From Octopus sinensis (lineage: Eukaryota): DNA of 64,000 nt. Positions 52,407 to 64,000 of this stretch are shown here, piece by piece. The notes under the pieces were generated by a model that saw nothing but the letters and a program-made list of their open reading frames with translations, was not told the origin of the DNA and searched no databases. Position numbers and translations under genes: made by a program. How positions within the stretch are numbered: the stretch's first letter is position 1; each line of letters opens with the position of its first letter. Location of the stretch: assembly GCF_006345805.1 (NCBI RefSeq), contig NC_043000.1:103106001-103170000 (forward strand). The letters run 5' to 3'.

Positions 52407-52863
52407 CATATGTATGTATGTATGTATGTACGTATGTATGTATGTATATATGTATATACATACATCATACATACATACATACATACATACATACAAACAT
52501 ACATACATACACATACCCCACCACACGCGCACACACAAACATGTACCTATTATGTACATACATACATACATATACACGCACATATATATATACATAGATA
52601 TATACATACACGCACATATATACATATATGTGTGTGTGTATGCATGTATATGTATACATTCATACATAATCACATACATACACATACTCACATTTGCATA
52701 CATTTACGCAAAATAATACGTACCTACGCATGTGTGTATAGCTGTGTTATGTATGTGTGTATGTATACGTATATATATATATATATTATATATATGTATA
52801 TGTATTTTTTTTGCATATATACATATATATGTATATATATACACATATATATATGTCTGTGTG

Positions 52864-52900
<37 letters not shown>

Positions 52901-53578
52901 GTATATATGTAAATGTAAATGTGTGTTTAGTGTGTGTGTGTGTATACACACACATACGCTGTACATCCTCACTACTCGCTATTTTTCTACTTGTACATGT
53001 GTTCAAACAGAAATGCGTGTCTTCGTTTTGTTTTTGTTCCTATGTCAGAAAGAATCAATGTAAATGTTGAAAGCATGTGGAACTGAAGCAGTAGGAATGT
53101 GGTAGGAGAATATAAGGGAGTGGGAGTGGGGAAGGGGATGGTAAACAATAGCCGAGATGTCATAGCATGAGGGAGGGGGAGGAGGTTAAAGAAACAGCGA
53201 AGGGTGAAGTGGGAGAAAACAGAGAGAATTACAGAGAGTGAGAGCGAGTGGGAGAAGAGTGAGTGGGAGAAGGGGTGAGTGGGGGGAATGAAGAAGAGTA
53301 AAAGAGGCAGAAAAAGAAAGTAAGAATTAAAGAAAGTGATGTGTGTGTGTTTGCGTGTGTGTGTGTGTGTAGGAGAAAGTAAACGATAAAGAATGAGAGA
53401 GAAGGAAGAGAGAGAATTTAAGATGGGGGAGTGACAGATATTTCCACTGACAGACATGAGAGATAGGTGTATGTAGTATATGTACGGGAATACTACATAC
53501 ATACATATATATATATGTATGTATGTATGTATATATATGTATATGTATATATGTGTGTATATATATATATTATTTGTG

Positions 53579-53610
<32 letters not shown>

Positions 53611-53997
53611 ATATATATTATATGTATATGTTTATATATATATATATGTATGTGTATATAGATAATATAATTATAATATATATACATACATACATACATT
53701 AATATACATATACATACATACATATATATATATATATAGATACACATATAATTACATATATATATATATACATAAATACATATATATATATATATATATA
53801 TATGCACATATATATACACATATATATATACACACATATATATATATATTGAGAGAGAGATGTAGACACGTGTGTGTGTGAGTGTGTTGATGAATATAGA
53901 TATATATATATATATATATATATATGTATACATACATGCATGCATGCATAGATACATACATATATACATACATACATACGTACATATACTCATATAC

Positions 53998-54235
53998 TAA
54001 GAAAACATTTGTGGTGGAGTAACGCGGAACTAACACCTCTTGTACCCTGTCTAAATGTTCATTTGTACCTATCATCATAGGTGCATTAGGCTATGTATCT
54101 ACAGATTTACACAAAAACCTAGAAATGCTAGGTCTTATGAAGAAAAAGGAAACGAAGCTGACACGCATTCTCCAAATCCAATCTATTAGCGGCACAGTGA
54201 AAATTTGTAAGAGATTCCGAAGATTCTCAAACTGA
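53998..54235 (+). pseudogene. R4/Dong-like non-LTR retrotransposon C-terminus (restriction-like endonuclease end)
   Basis: FVPIIIGALGYVSTDLHKNLEMLG...LQIQSISGTVKICKRF* matches the VP.VIGALG....L...G....LQ.....GT..I motif; 5' end sits in a TA/TACA array. Confidence 0.7.
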
Positions 54236-54769
54236 GATTCTTTGAATGAATAGATGCACACACATACATGTGTGCATCAACAGTTCAGCCAACACACCAA
54301 CTCAACCATATATTTACTAATACCAGGAACTCCCTTAACTCAAAAAGTCTTGTTGCTTTGTTAATGACCGGTTTGAACTCTCTTACGAACTGCTATAAAT
54401 TTCAAAGAAAATCATACAAAGATACATATATAAATAGGCCGTCACTTGCAATCGAGTATGCTAATGTGCCTTATTTTCATTAATGGCTTCAAGGGCTTAA
54501 GCATAGTCGTGAGTAGATAATGACAACTTTTCGACCTTTGAATTTGCAGAACATCTATGATATGACAGGGGAACTGAGAAAGAGCTGTATCAGCAGTGGG
54601 GTTTCTATTTTATTTATCAATCAAGAATGGATAAAATACAAATTTGATTTCTGCAAGATTCGAACTGATAGCGCACTATACCGGAACAAATATCGCTACG
54701 TCATTTTATTATCTAAAATAAAAGAAAAAGGAAAGAACATTATCTTCCTGAAATAAAAACAGAAGGGCA

Positions 54770-55030
54770 ATGAGACTGTGTGGTAAAAAGCACGCTTCCC
54801 AATCACATGGTTCCGAGTTCAGTACCACTGCGCGGCACCTTGAGCAAGTGTCTTCTACTATAGCCTCAGGACGCACAAAGTCATGTGAGTGGATTTGGTA
54901 GACAGAAATTGCTCGTAGTATATGTGTGTGTATGTGCTTGTTTGTATGAGTTTTTGTCCCCCATCACCACTTGACAACCGGTGTTGGTGTGTTTATGTCC
55001 CCGTGACTTAGCGTTTCGGTAAAGAGACCG
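54770..55030 (+). mobile_element. SINE family C, 3'-truncated
   Basis: Head and CORE-like block match. Confidence 0.8.
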
Positions 55031-55280
55031 GATCTATTCAATTTGACGGCCAGATTTTTCAAAATTAATTTTTCTAACTAAACACTTTGAAACTTCGGAT
55101 ACTGGTAGAATGTGTCACATTGTACAGGGTTTACTATTAACGTTTTTGACAAAAATTTTGTATTTTAGAAGTTATTTCGTGTTAAAGTTGTCATATTTGG
55201 GTAATTTTAACCTATCAATGACGTGTATTCAGCTGAGGAAAATTACTGCTGCTGTTTGCGAACAATAACTTCCGGGGCAG

Positions 55281-55344
<64 letters not shown>

Positions 55345-56042
55345 CCACATACACACGCAATAATAATAGGCAGAATTTACAGTGACAATGGCCAAATTCG
55401 TGTTTGATAAGGGCCAATGATATATATACATATAAGTCGATGATATATATACATACATATACGTGAAAAAAGATCTCATCATGCAGTCGAACCAATGAAA
55501 GAGCCTCTACCTGGTCACTCGACACGCTAAAAATAGCAGCCAAAGTATCCTCCTACCTAAATCACACGCCTATTGTATGTAATGTCGTAGAATATCCCTA
55601 AAAAGACGGTTTGCTGAAGGCTGGAATATTGTAGTAGTAGTTGCTGTTGTTTCTTAATCCCAGGCTTGCACTTATGGAGCTACGATATCTATGACTCTCC
55701 AGCCGAGACTATCATGCCTTTTCCCCACCCAAATGTATCTAAGACTATATTAACGATCGCACTCGTCTTTTTTTTTTTTTCCTTTATGTATCCTAATTGC
55801 TAAACATTAACATCATTTCTTACATATTTCAGGAGGGTTAATAAATGGTTCATTGAATTTCGAGGCGTGAGAGTGACAAGGGAGAGCTTCTAATTCGGTG
55901 CAAGACTAAATCGTAAGGGATACCATTCGGAGAGCACCGGTTTTTCGGTCTTCTAATTTCCCATTCTTCATCGTTATATATCGGTCAAAAGTTAGACACA
56001 CACACACATACACACACAAATATATATATATATATATATATC

Positions 56043-56074
<32 letters not shown>

Positions 56075-56233
56075 CATATCTATGTGTGTTTACTTATTTA
56101 AACTTCTTAGTTTGTCAACATAAGAAAAACGTAAGGAATACAATTGTAGAGTATTATTTACGTAAACTTTAAATTCCACCGTGGTCAATTTTGTCTTTTA
56201 TCCTTTCGGGTCGATAAATTAAGTACCAGTTGC

Positions 56234-56806
56234 GGCAAGACTTCCGCCCGTTCCCACCCCCAACCATCCTTTCCTTTTTCTAAATATTTCTTTTTTCGAC
56301 ACAACCCTGCCCCTTTTCGGCTACGGGGAATACTAATCTGCAAAAAAATTGGCAAAAATCAGCATTTTTAAATTACCACCCCCACCCGTATTTCTTTCAT
56401 TTTAAAACTTTTTTCAGAAATTTTTTTTTCAAAATATGCAGAAAAATATGGACATTATGATTCGGACAAAAAATTCAAAACAGTTCTGTAGTTACGGTTA
56501 GGATTAGGGTTTTAGGGTTAGGATTAGGGTTTTAGGGTTACGGTTATGGTTACGGTCTTAGAGTTAGGGTTACGGTTTTAAGGTTAAGGTTACGGTTTTA
56601 GGGTTAGAGTTAGGGTTAGGGTTAGTGTTGGGGAAAAAAGTCAAAATTGAGAATTTTGGAGAAGTGGGCGGGAGTGGGGTGAAATTTAACTAATTTGGCA
56701 ATTTTCTGGAACCTCCGTATCCGAATACGGGGGTTTTGAGCAAAGAAAATTTAAAGAATAAACAAATTTGGGAGAAAATAGTGGGGGGACGGGCAGAAGT
56801 CTTCCC
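56234..56806. mobile_element. 573-bp TIR element carrying telomere-like repeats, inserted in a SINE A'
   Basis: ~22-bp imperfect TIRs (GGCAAGACTTCCGCCCGTTCCC / GGGGACGGGCAGAAGTCTTCCC); perfect 8-bp TSD ccagttgc at 56226-56233 and 56807-56814. Confidence 0.9.
56491..56625 (+). repeat. Degenerate (TTAGGG)n array
   Basis: TTAGGG mixed with TTACGG, TTAGGA, TTAGAG and TTTTAGGG variants. Confidence 0.92.
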
Positions 56807-57881
56807 CCAGTTGCATACTGGGGTCGATCTAATCGACTGCTCACGCTTCCCTAAAACTCTCGGGCCTTGTGCCTAGAGTAGAAAATATTATTTACATAAA
56901 CTGAATTTCATTGTCTTTTTACTTGAGTTTTAGCATCCAGAAAACTTTAGAAGATTGCGGTGGCGTGGCAGCTGAGTCACGGGGCAATCGAATTCAATTT
57001 CTGCCTATCTTTCAGAAGCATGAATAGGTGACACTTTTATGGAGGCTCCACTTTTGGGTCTGCTGCATAAGCCTCCATAGACTAAGAAGCTCGAGGGACA
57101 GGAAAATGAAGGACTGACCCAAGCAGTACATACTCTAGCTACACCACTGTCAACCGGAAACTACTGTGGAAAACAACTACCGTGCAATGAGAACCAATGA
57201 GAACTACATGGTTGAGACGTGAACTCCTTAACCACACAACCACACCCGAGCCACAAATTAACTATATTTGCCATGTACACAGGGCATTTGTGCTATTAGG
57301 AAACGACCCACTGGCGCTTCGATTGCAATAATGCTATGATGTAGGTCTTCAGCGATTCACACAAAATACACGGCTTTATTATGTTGTATTCATAATATAA
57401 TAAATATGACATTCGTTTCACCTAACCGGTGTTCATCGCCGAATTCCCACCGAGTTATAGATATAAATATTATTCTTCTGTTAACCTAATTGCTAACCTG
57501 TCCAACCTTAGATCAGTAACACAAATTATGCAACAGGTCTTCCATAGAGAAGAAAAAAAAACCCATAAAACATCGTTGTGATATATGCAGACGGAATATG
57601 GTTTTTTTTAAACCCCGACTGGGATCACAAGGTCAGATCTAACGGAATATATTTCCATTTCTATATTTTTAATTTTACAATTTTCTATTTCTTTTAAGGC
57701 TCTATGTGTCACAATTTTGACCTCGATAAGACTTCTGAGCGGCAGGGTTTCGTATATGTGATTAGGGGAAAAAAAAACTTCTGGCAAGGGAAAAAAAAAA
57801 CGAATTTAACTTGTGGAGTGGGGCGGGGACCACTTTTCGTTACCAACGAATATTTACACATATCTCTCTCTCACACACACA

Positions 57882-57945
<64 letters not shown>

Positions 57946-58189
57946 TAGTTGACTAACGGATTCCATAAATTAAAGTAACGTGTGACTTTCTCTTTTCTCC
58001 TCATCCTGCCAAACACACTCAACCTCTTTCTTTCTTTCTTTCTTTTTTCTTTTCCCTCTTTCTCTCTCTCTCACTCTCACTCTGTCTCTGTCTTTCTCTC
58101 TTCATCGTCACACGGAGAAATACATATATATATATATGTGTGTACGTACATATATATATGTGTGTGTGTGTGTGGCATATATATATATT

Positions 58190-58227
<38 letters not shown>

Positions 58228-58404
58228 CATGCGCATTCAATGAATACTTACACGTACATGCGCTCACATACACACACACGTTGCAAAGGCCCATTTTCAA
58301 TCTCATATTCACTCGTTTCTTTTATCAAATAGTATAATCTTTCTCTTTACCTTGTCTTTTCTTTATTCTCTTCCCCCACCACCTTCTCTCTCCCCGCCTC
58401 TCCG

Positions 58405-58440
<36 letters not shown>

Positions 58441-58541
58441 TCTCCCTCTCTTTTTTCCCTCTTTCACGTACTTTATTTCAAAAAGACACTTTCCTCCTAC
58501 GCATAATCTATTCCAGACGCTATAGAGCACACGCACACACG

Positions 58542-58573
<32 letters not shown>

Positions 58574-58829
58574 GACACACACACACACACACGCACGCAC
58601 ACACACTTTCTCACTAAATGGATCTTCATCAGTTTCGAGGATGCGCATCCGGTTACTCGATCAAATGAATTACCTGTTCTTTGAGCAACACATTCGTGAC
58701 TGAGCATTTGTTTAGCTAATTCTGAGTTAGAAATCTAGTCGATGGCCCCTTTGAATAAGGGGCCATCGACCTCTAATCATAGAATAACTGATACGCTGCT
58801 AGAACCACTCAGAAAAGATCCGACATTCA

Positions 58830-59015
58830 GTAAAGTACAGAATCCAACATCCAGGCCCCGAATTAAAATACTGGCCCCAAACTAAAAACATTTAGTCTCG
58901 TCTTTTCTCCACAGAATGTCTGTCGACCCTTTAGAACGCCCTCCCTGCACGTGCTTTTCCTACAGATATTGACTTACAACGATTCAAGAATAACATCAAT
59001 GGCATCCATCTCACC
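58830..59015 (+). pseudogene. CR1-group LINE C-terminal relic
   Basis: SRLFSTECLSTL*NALPARAFPTDIDLQRFKNNINGIHL resembles the LWN.LP..VFP..Y.LQ.FK..VN terminus. Confidence 0.55.
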
Positions 59016-59289
59016 AATCTTGGAGGGCCTGTAAAAGCCATGAGCACTGCTTCTTGATCCATATCAAACAAAAATAAAAATAAAACAAAAAGAAGAAAAA
59101 AATGTTACTAAGAAAATGTAACTGAGCTGTTAGATTAGGAGTGTCAAATGAAAGGTGAACGGCTCCTGTCCCAGGCTGAAAAGTTGATGAAATAAAACAT
59201 CGGAGATGGTTTGCCCCACGCAGAAACTGTAGGAGCTACTCGCTACTCGGAGGGATGGCAAGCTCTTCTTCTAAAGCCATTAATATGTT

Positions 59290-59590
59290 GGAAATCCTTC
59301 CATATCATCCGCACGTTTCACAGGGTTACAAACATTTCGTCCCTTAGTCTGTACTCTTCGTCTGAGTGGGGCAGCGAGGACTGAACTAGCCTTTGTGTGC
59401 GGTCTCTTATGAATCATAGCCACCTTAAGCTTGATTCAGCTTCCATGCCTGTCTCCTCGGTGGCTTTCTTCAGTTGTCTCGATTCTAGACCTATCTTCTG
59501 TGGGAAATATACTCCTATTGTCTCGTCCACCGAATTATAAATAAGTACTATACTGGAAGAACCACTCACCCCAATAAGAAGCAACGGTGT
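59290..59590 (-). mobile_element. HERO/R2-group non-LTR 3' end relic
   Basis: GLESRQLKKATEETGMEAESSLRWL* resembles the G......R.A.......AE..S.WLW terminus; 5'-truncated beside (TG)n. Family assignment is from memory. Confidence 0.45.
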
Positions 59591-59609
59591 TGTATCTAAG
59601 ATCACATGA

Positions 59610-59695
<86 letters not shown>

Positions 59696-60339
59696 AAAAA
59701 GAAGACGGTTGCTTTTTTTTTCTAGCAAGCTGAACGACCGCATAGAGGTTCTTACATTGACTCGTGTATGTATATAGAAAGTATGTGCCTGTTGTAGTTT
59801 ACATGCGGATATATTAAACTGTTCAGTGCACGTCAATAGAGCCCGCTATGTGTGTGTGGTGGTAACTATGTAATTTAATTGGTTACCTGTTTACAAACAT
59901 ACACACACATACACACACACACGTATATACGTGTTTACCTATGTATGCATGTACGTGTGTACGTACATATGTATATATACATACAAAGGCATGTAAATAA
60001 GTATACATGTGTATACATATGTATGAGTGTGACTGCACGGAAATTTATATATACCACCGCCAACAAACATGTCTGAAGACATACGTTAGTTTATAAACGA
60101 AAATCACGCGTTAAGAAGGAAAGGAAGTGCAAACAAAAAAATATAAAGGACCTGAAAATGACAGAAGAGTGTATTTAAGAAGTAAAGTAGATGTCCTTGT
60201 ATTTGCCATGCCTCACTATTAACCTATTCGCAACCACGAAGCTTTTAAAAATAGCATTAGTATCTTCTTGACCCAGTTTCTCTCGAAAACTGTTCTACCA
60301 TCCCTACATACAGAGGGATCCACGAGCCAAATAGAGAAC

Positions 60340-60490
60340 ATCTGTGTGGTCGATCAGCATGCTAGAAGTAGCAGTTAAATCTTTATGAAAATTACACCAC
60401 CCTTATATGATGCGTACTTGGGATAATGTAGTCCTTGATATGCAAAAATGGTAGGATAGCCATAGCTAAATCATCTTTGAACACGGGTCT
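60340..60490 (+). repeat. Short interspersed repeat family G (ctagaa(a/g)tagcagc.aaatc...ggataatgtagtcct)
   Basis: Decayed copies also at ~16745, ~29640, ~40450, ~55500 and ~60690. Confidence 0.55.
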
Positions 60491-61226
60491 GTCTACTGAG
60501 AGCTGGCCTGGGGCTAAAGAACAGTTTTAACTACAACGTCGACGACAGCAAAGTCATAACCCTTAAAAGGAAATACATCTTTTGTAGCAATGACATTCTT
60601 AGTAGCATCAACATCTTAAACGACAGCAACAGGCTTGACAACGACAACAATCTTAATAAAAACGAAAACAACATCTGCGCGTTCGAACGACCAGCTGGAA
60701 ATAGCAGCCTAGTCCCCCTCAAATCGTACTGCACCTCATAAAAGAAGGTAAGATACATTGGACAATGATACAGTTCTAAATAAATTAGATGGGGTTGTCA
60801 TGGAAGGAAAACCTTTGATATATAAGATTGCTCGACCAGACAAGAACAGACACAGAGTTAAAGAGCAGCAGCGGCAACAACAACAACAACAATAACAACA
60901 ACATCAACGAGCAAAAACAACAATAACGCGCACAACAGTAAATATTGGTGAAATTTTGCTCCTCTTAACTCGACGCCACGAGAGGGCGGGACCAAGTAGG
61001 TTGGGCTGCTGCTGCCGCTGTTATTTATTGTTATTGTTGTTGTTGTTATGCTTGTAGCATTTAAGAATCCAGGAGGCAAAGAGATTATCGAGGGAATAGG
61101 TCATGGAGCATTTGTAGATGTAGCTTAAAAAAGGTTGATAGCGGCGGAGAAATTATCAACAGGAGCACTTCTGGAGAAAGTGCTTCTTATACATGCGTAC
61201 GCGCGCTCGCATACACACACACACAT

Positions 61227-61258
<32 letters not shown>

Positions 61259-62335
61259 GCACACACTCTCACACACACACACACACACATACACACACAT
61301 ACACACACACACATATATACACTCACGTACACACACACACACAACTACATTCGCGCACACACATGCAAACATACATATGCAGGTACATACATGCAAACGC
61401 AGATACACAAGCACAAACACACATGCACACGCACACACACACACACACACATATAAACACACACACACACACACACATATATACACTCACGTACATACAC
61501 ACACACACACACAACTACATTCGCGCACACACATGCAAACATACATATGCAGGTACATACATGCAAACGCAGATACACAAGCACAAACACTCACACACAC
61601 GCACATAAACACGAACTCACGCACTTACTAACACACATATACATACGTGCACACTCACACGCATACCCACACGAGACTACACTCATATATTCATTCATTT
61701 GCATACACACGTTCGATACACATACATGCACACACACACACACACACACACGCTCATCATACCCATACGTACGTACACACTCAATCACTTGCACACATAC
61801 AATAACAACACTAATACAAAGACAAATACACACATATGCACACACGTACACATTTAAATGGATCTTCGTCGGTTTCGACGATGCGTATCTAGTTGTCCGA
61901 AAACTGAACTACCTGTTCATTGAACCAATCTATAAGTGGCGAGCTATTTTACAGTCGCGTCTATCTTTAATGTAAATCTCGGACACAACCAGCGTTTCAG
62001 GTGACAAATATTGACTTTTATATTACTAATATAATCTGTCCATCGAGTTTCATTACAGTTTCCTTAACCCGGTATGACTCACAGGGCTTGGGTCTAGTAG
62101 AAGTTCAAGATGCGTCACATAGCTGTATTGAACCCGGAACCTCGTGACTGACAAGATGTCTTTGTTGAACCCATGATAAATCCATGCTGCAACAATAGTA
62201 CGTACACACACATAAATAGACACACAGGCGCACATGCGTACATACGCGCGCACGTACATGCGCCATGTTCAGACACATACACAGAAAAATATTAAAACAA
62301 AGCTACACAACTCTTTCAAAATTAATATTCTCAAT

Positions 62336-62471
62336 AGCTTGCTAACCAACCACATGGTTCCGGGTTCAGTCCCACTGCGTGGCATCTTGGGCAAGTGTCT
62401 TCTGCTATAGGCCCGGGCCGACCAATGCCTTGTGAGTGGATTTGGTAGACGGAAACTGAAAGAAGCCTGTC

Positions 62472-62510
<39 letters not shown>
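62336..62510 (+). mobile_element. SINE family C 5' half ending in its internal (TA)n
   Basis: Near-identical to the 5' half of the 37280 copy. Confidence 0.9.
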
Positions 62511-62514
<4 letters not shown>

Positions 62515-62524
62515 CTGGTATACC

Positions 62525-62854
62525 GTATACCAGATTAAGTGCCAGGAGGGAGCTTGCGCGGCTAACCCGGAGTCATACATAGGTGAGACCTCTAGAAGCA
62601 TCAATGATAGGTTCAAAGAACACCTGGACAACTACATTGAAAGGAAGCCAAACTCCATCTTCTACCAACATGCTGTAGACTGCCACAAGGGATCCTTAGG
62701 GGAGCTTAAGTTGAACATCCTATCAACACATCCCACCGATGCAATGCTGAGACAGGTCACAGAAGCTGTTTGTATACAAGAATACAAACCTACTCTCAAC
62801 CGAAAGTCCGAATGGAATAACATCCAGAACCCATTCAGAAGGATTATTCTATAA
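62525..62854 (+). pseudogene. GIY-YIG endonuclease end of a second PLE family, open frame
   Basis: VYQIKCQEGAC...YIGETSRSINDRFKEH...HAVDCH...LRQVTEAVCIQEYKPTLNRKSEW. Confidence 0.92.
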
Positions 62855-64000
62855 CCACCCCTCTCTCTCTCTCCCTTTCACCTGTAGTCCTTACATACAG
62901 GTTGCAATGCGTATGTGCAGTTATATACAACGGTATGAGCAGACGTTGTTTGATACGAACAGTTACACCTAGGCGTTGTATCCATTCACGGTTAGACGAT
63001 GATGAGAGGAACAAACACACACCCACACACATATATATATGTGTGTGCGTCTTATACTAACATATATGTTAAATATGTATACAACCTTCAGCAAAGTAAC
63101 AGTCATGTACACAACTTGGACGGACACATGCCAGTACACGGACATACGTTCACATACACATACACATGTACACACTCTCACGGACACATCTACCCATTCT
63201 CCTAGACACTCACATACATACGTAGCACATGAATACAAACATACATACATACCTACGTATGGGCATACACACGTACATACGCACGTACATGTACGCACAC
63301 ACATACATGGGCACATGCATACGAGCGCGTATACATACATACGCACATGCGTACGTATGTACATACCACATACATACATACATACAACATAACATACATA
63401 CATACATACATACATACATACATACATACATACATACGCACATACATACATACATACGAACAATAGTAAAACATTAGTTCTGTGATATAGAGATAAAAAT
63501 CTGATAATAGATTTTAGGGTATAGTTCTTGTGAGCAAGCGTCATAAATTCACTTTCTAGCCTCGGCCGTAGGGAGTTGAAATTTGATAGCGTTGTGATGA
63601 GTGGTCACTCTACATCCATCCATCGCTACAGGTTTATAACTTTATGTTTTATAGAGTGTATGTGCGTGCTTATACAAACAGTACATATATACATACATAC
63701 ATACCATACATACATTACAACATACATGCACACACAGGCGTATGTGCGTACATGCATACGTACATACTACACACACATGTATGCATACATACACACATAC
63801 ATACGTACAATATATGACGAACTAACTGTTACTTTCTTAGATGCAGCACGGACTTGTCAGTGAACAGGTCGCGGATTTTAGCGACGAAAATATTTTGACA
63901 AATTAAACTTAAATGTTGGAGTGAATCGAACGGCTTTTGTGTGTGTTTCTTAAATGGCTTAAAACACCTTCCACGCTGCAATTGTATATATTATATATAT

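Noticed and set aside
56491-56625. Chromosome end or fusion scar
   Set aside because: The array is short, single-orientation and enclosed by TIRs and a TSD.
62920-62985. Hammerhead downstream of the second GIY-YIG fragment
   Set aside because: An 8-bp atacaacg/cgttgtat stem exists, but neither CUGANGA nor GAAA is present.

Overview
AT-rich, microsatellite-saturated eukaryotic DNA with one 100-N gap (46192-46291). I found no host protein-coding exon, rRNA, true tRNA or CRISPR array that I can support; nearly all ORF-track entries are translations of simple repeats. The repeat signature suggests an octopus (coleoid cephalopod) intron or gene desert, which is an inference only. The window is a transposon graveyard: several tRNA-head SINE families; Penelope-like elements (PLEs); RTE, Tx1/L1, CR1-type, R4/Dong-like and HERO-like LINE relics; Tigger, mariner, hAT-Charlie and Chapaev-like DNA transposons; and non-autonomous Helitrons. 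Best leads: (1) a 2.2-kb PLE with inverted ~390-bp pseudo-LTRs, each carrying a fully foldable minimal hammerhead ribozyme with a U3-A8 core variant, plus further hammerhead relics elsewhere; (2) a TIR/8-bp-TSD element carrying TTAGGG-type repeats; (3) a complete 2x2 swap of SINE 5' and 3' modules; (4) several hairpins, foldbacks and long inverted repeats. All assignments were made by eye, and coordinates marked ~ are approximate.
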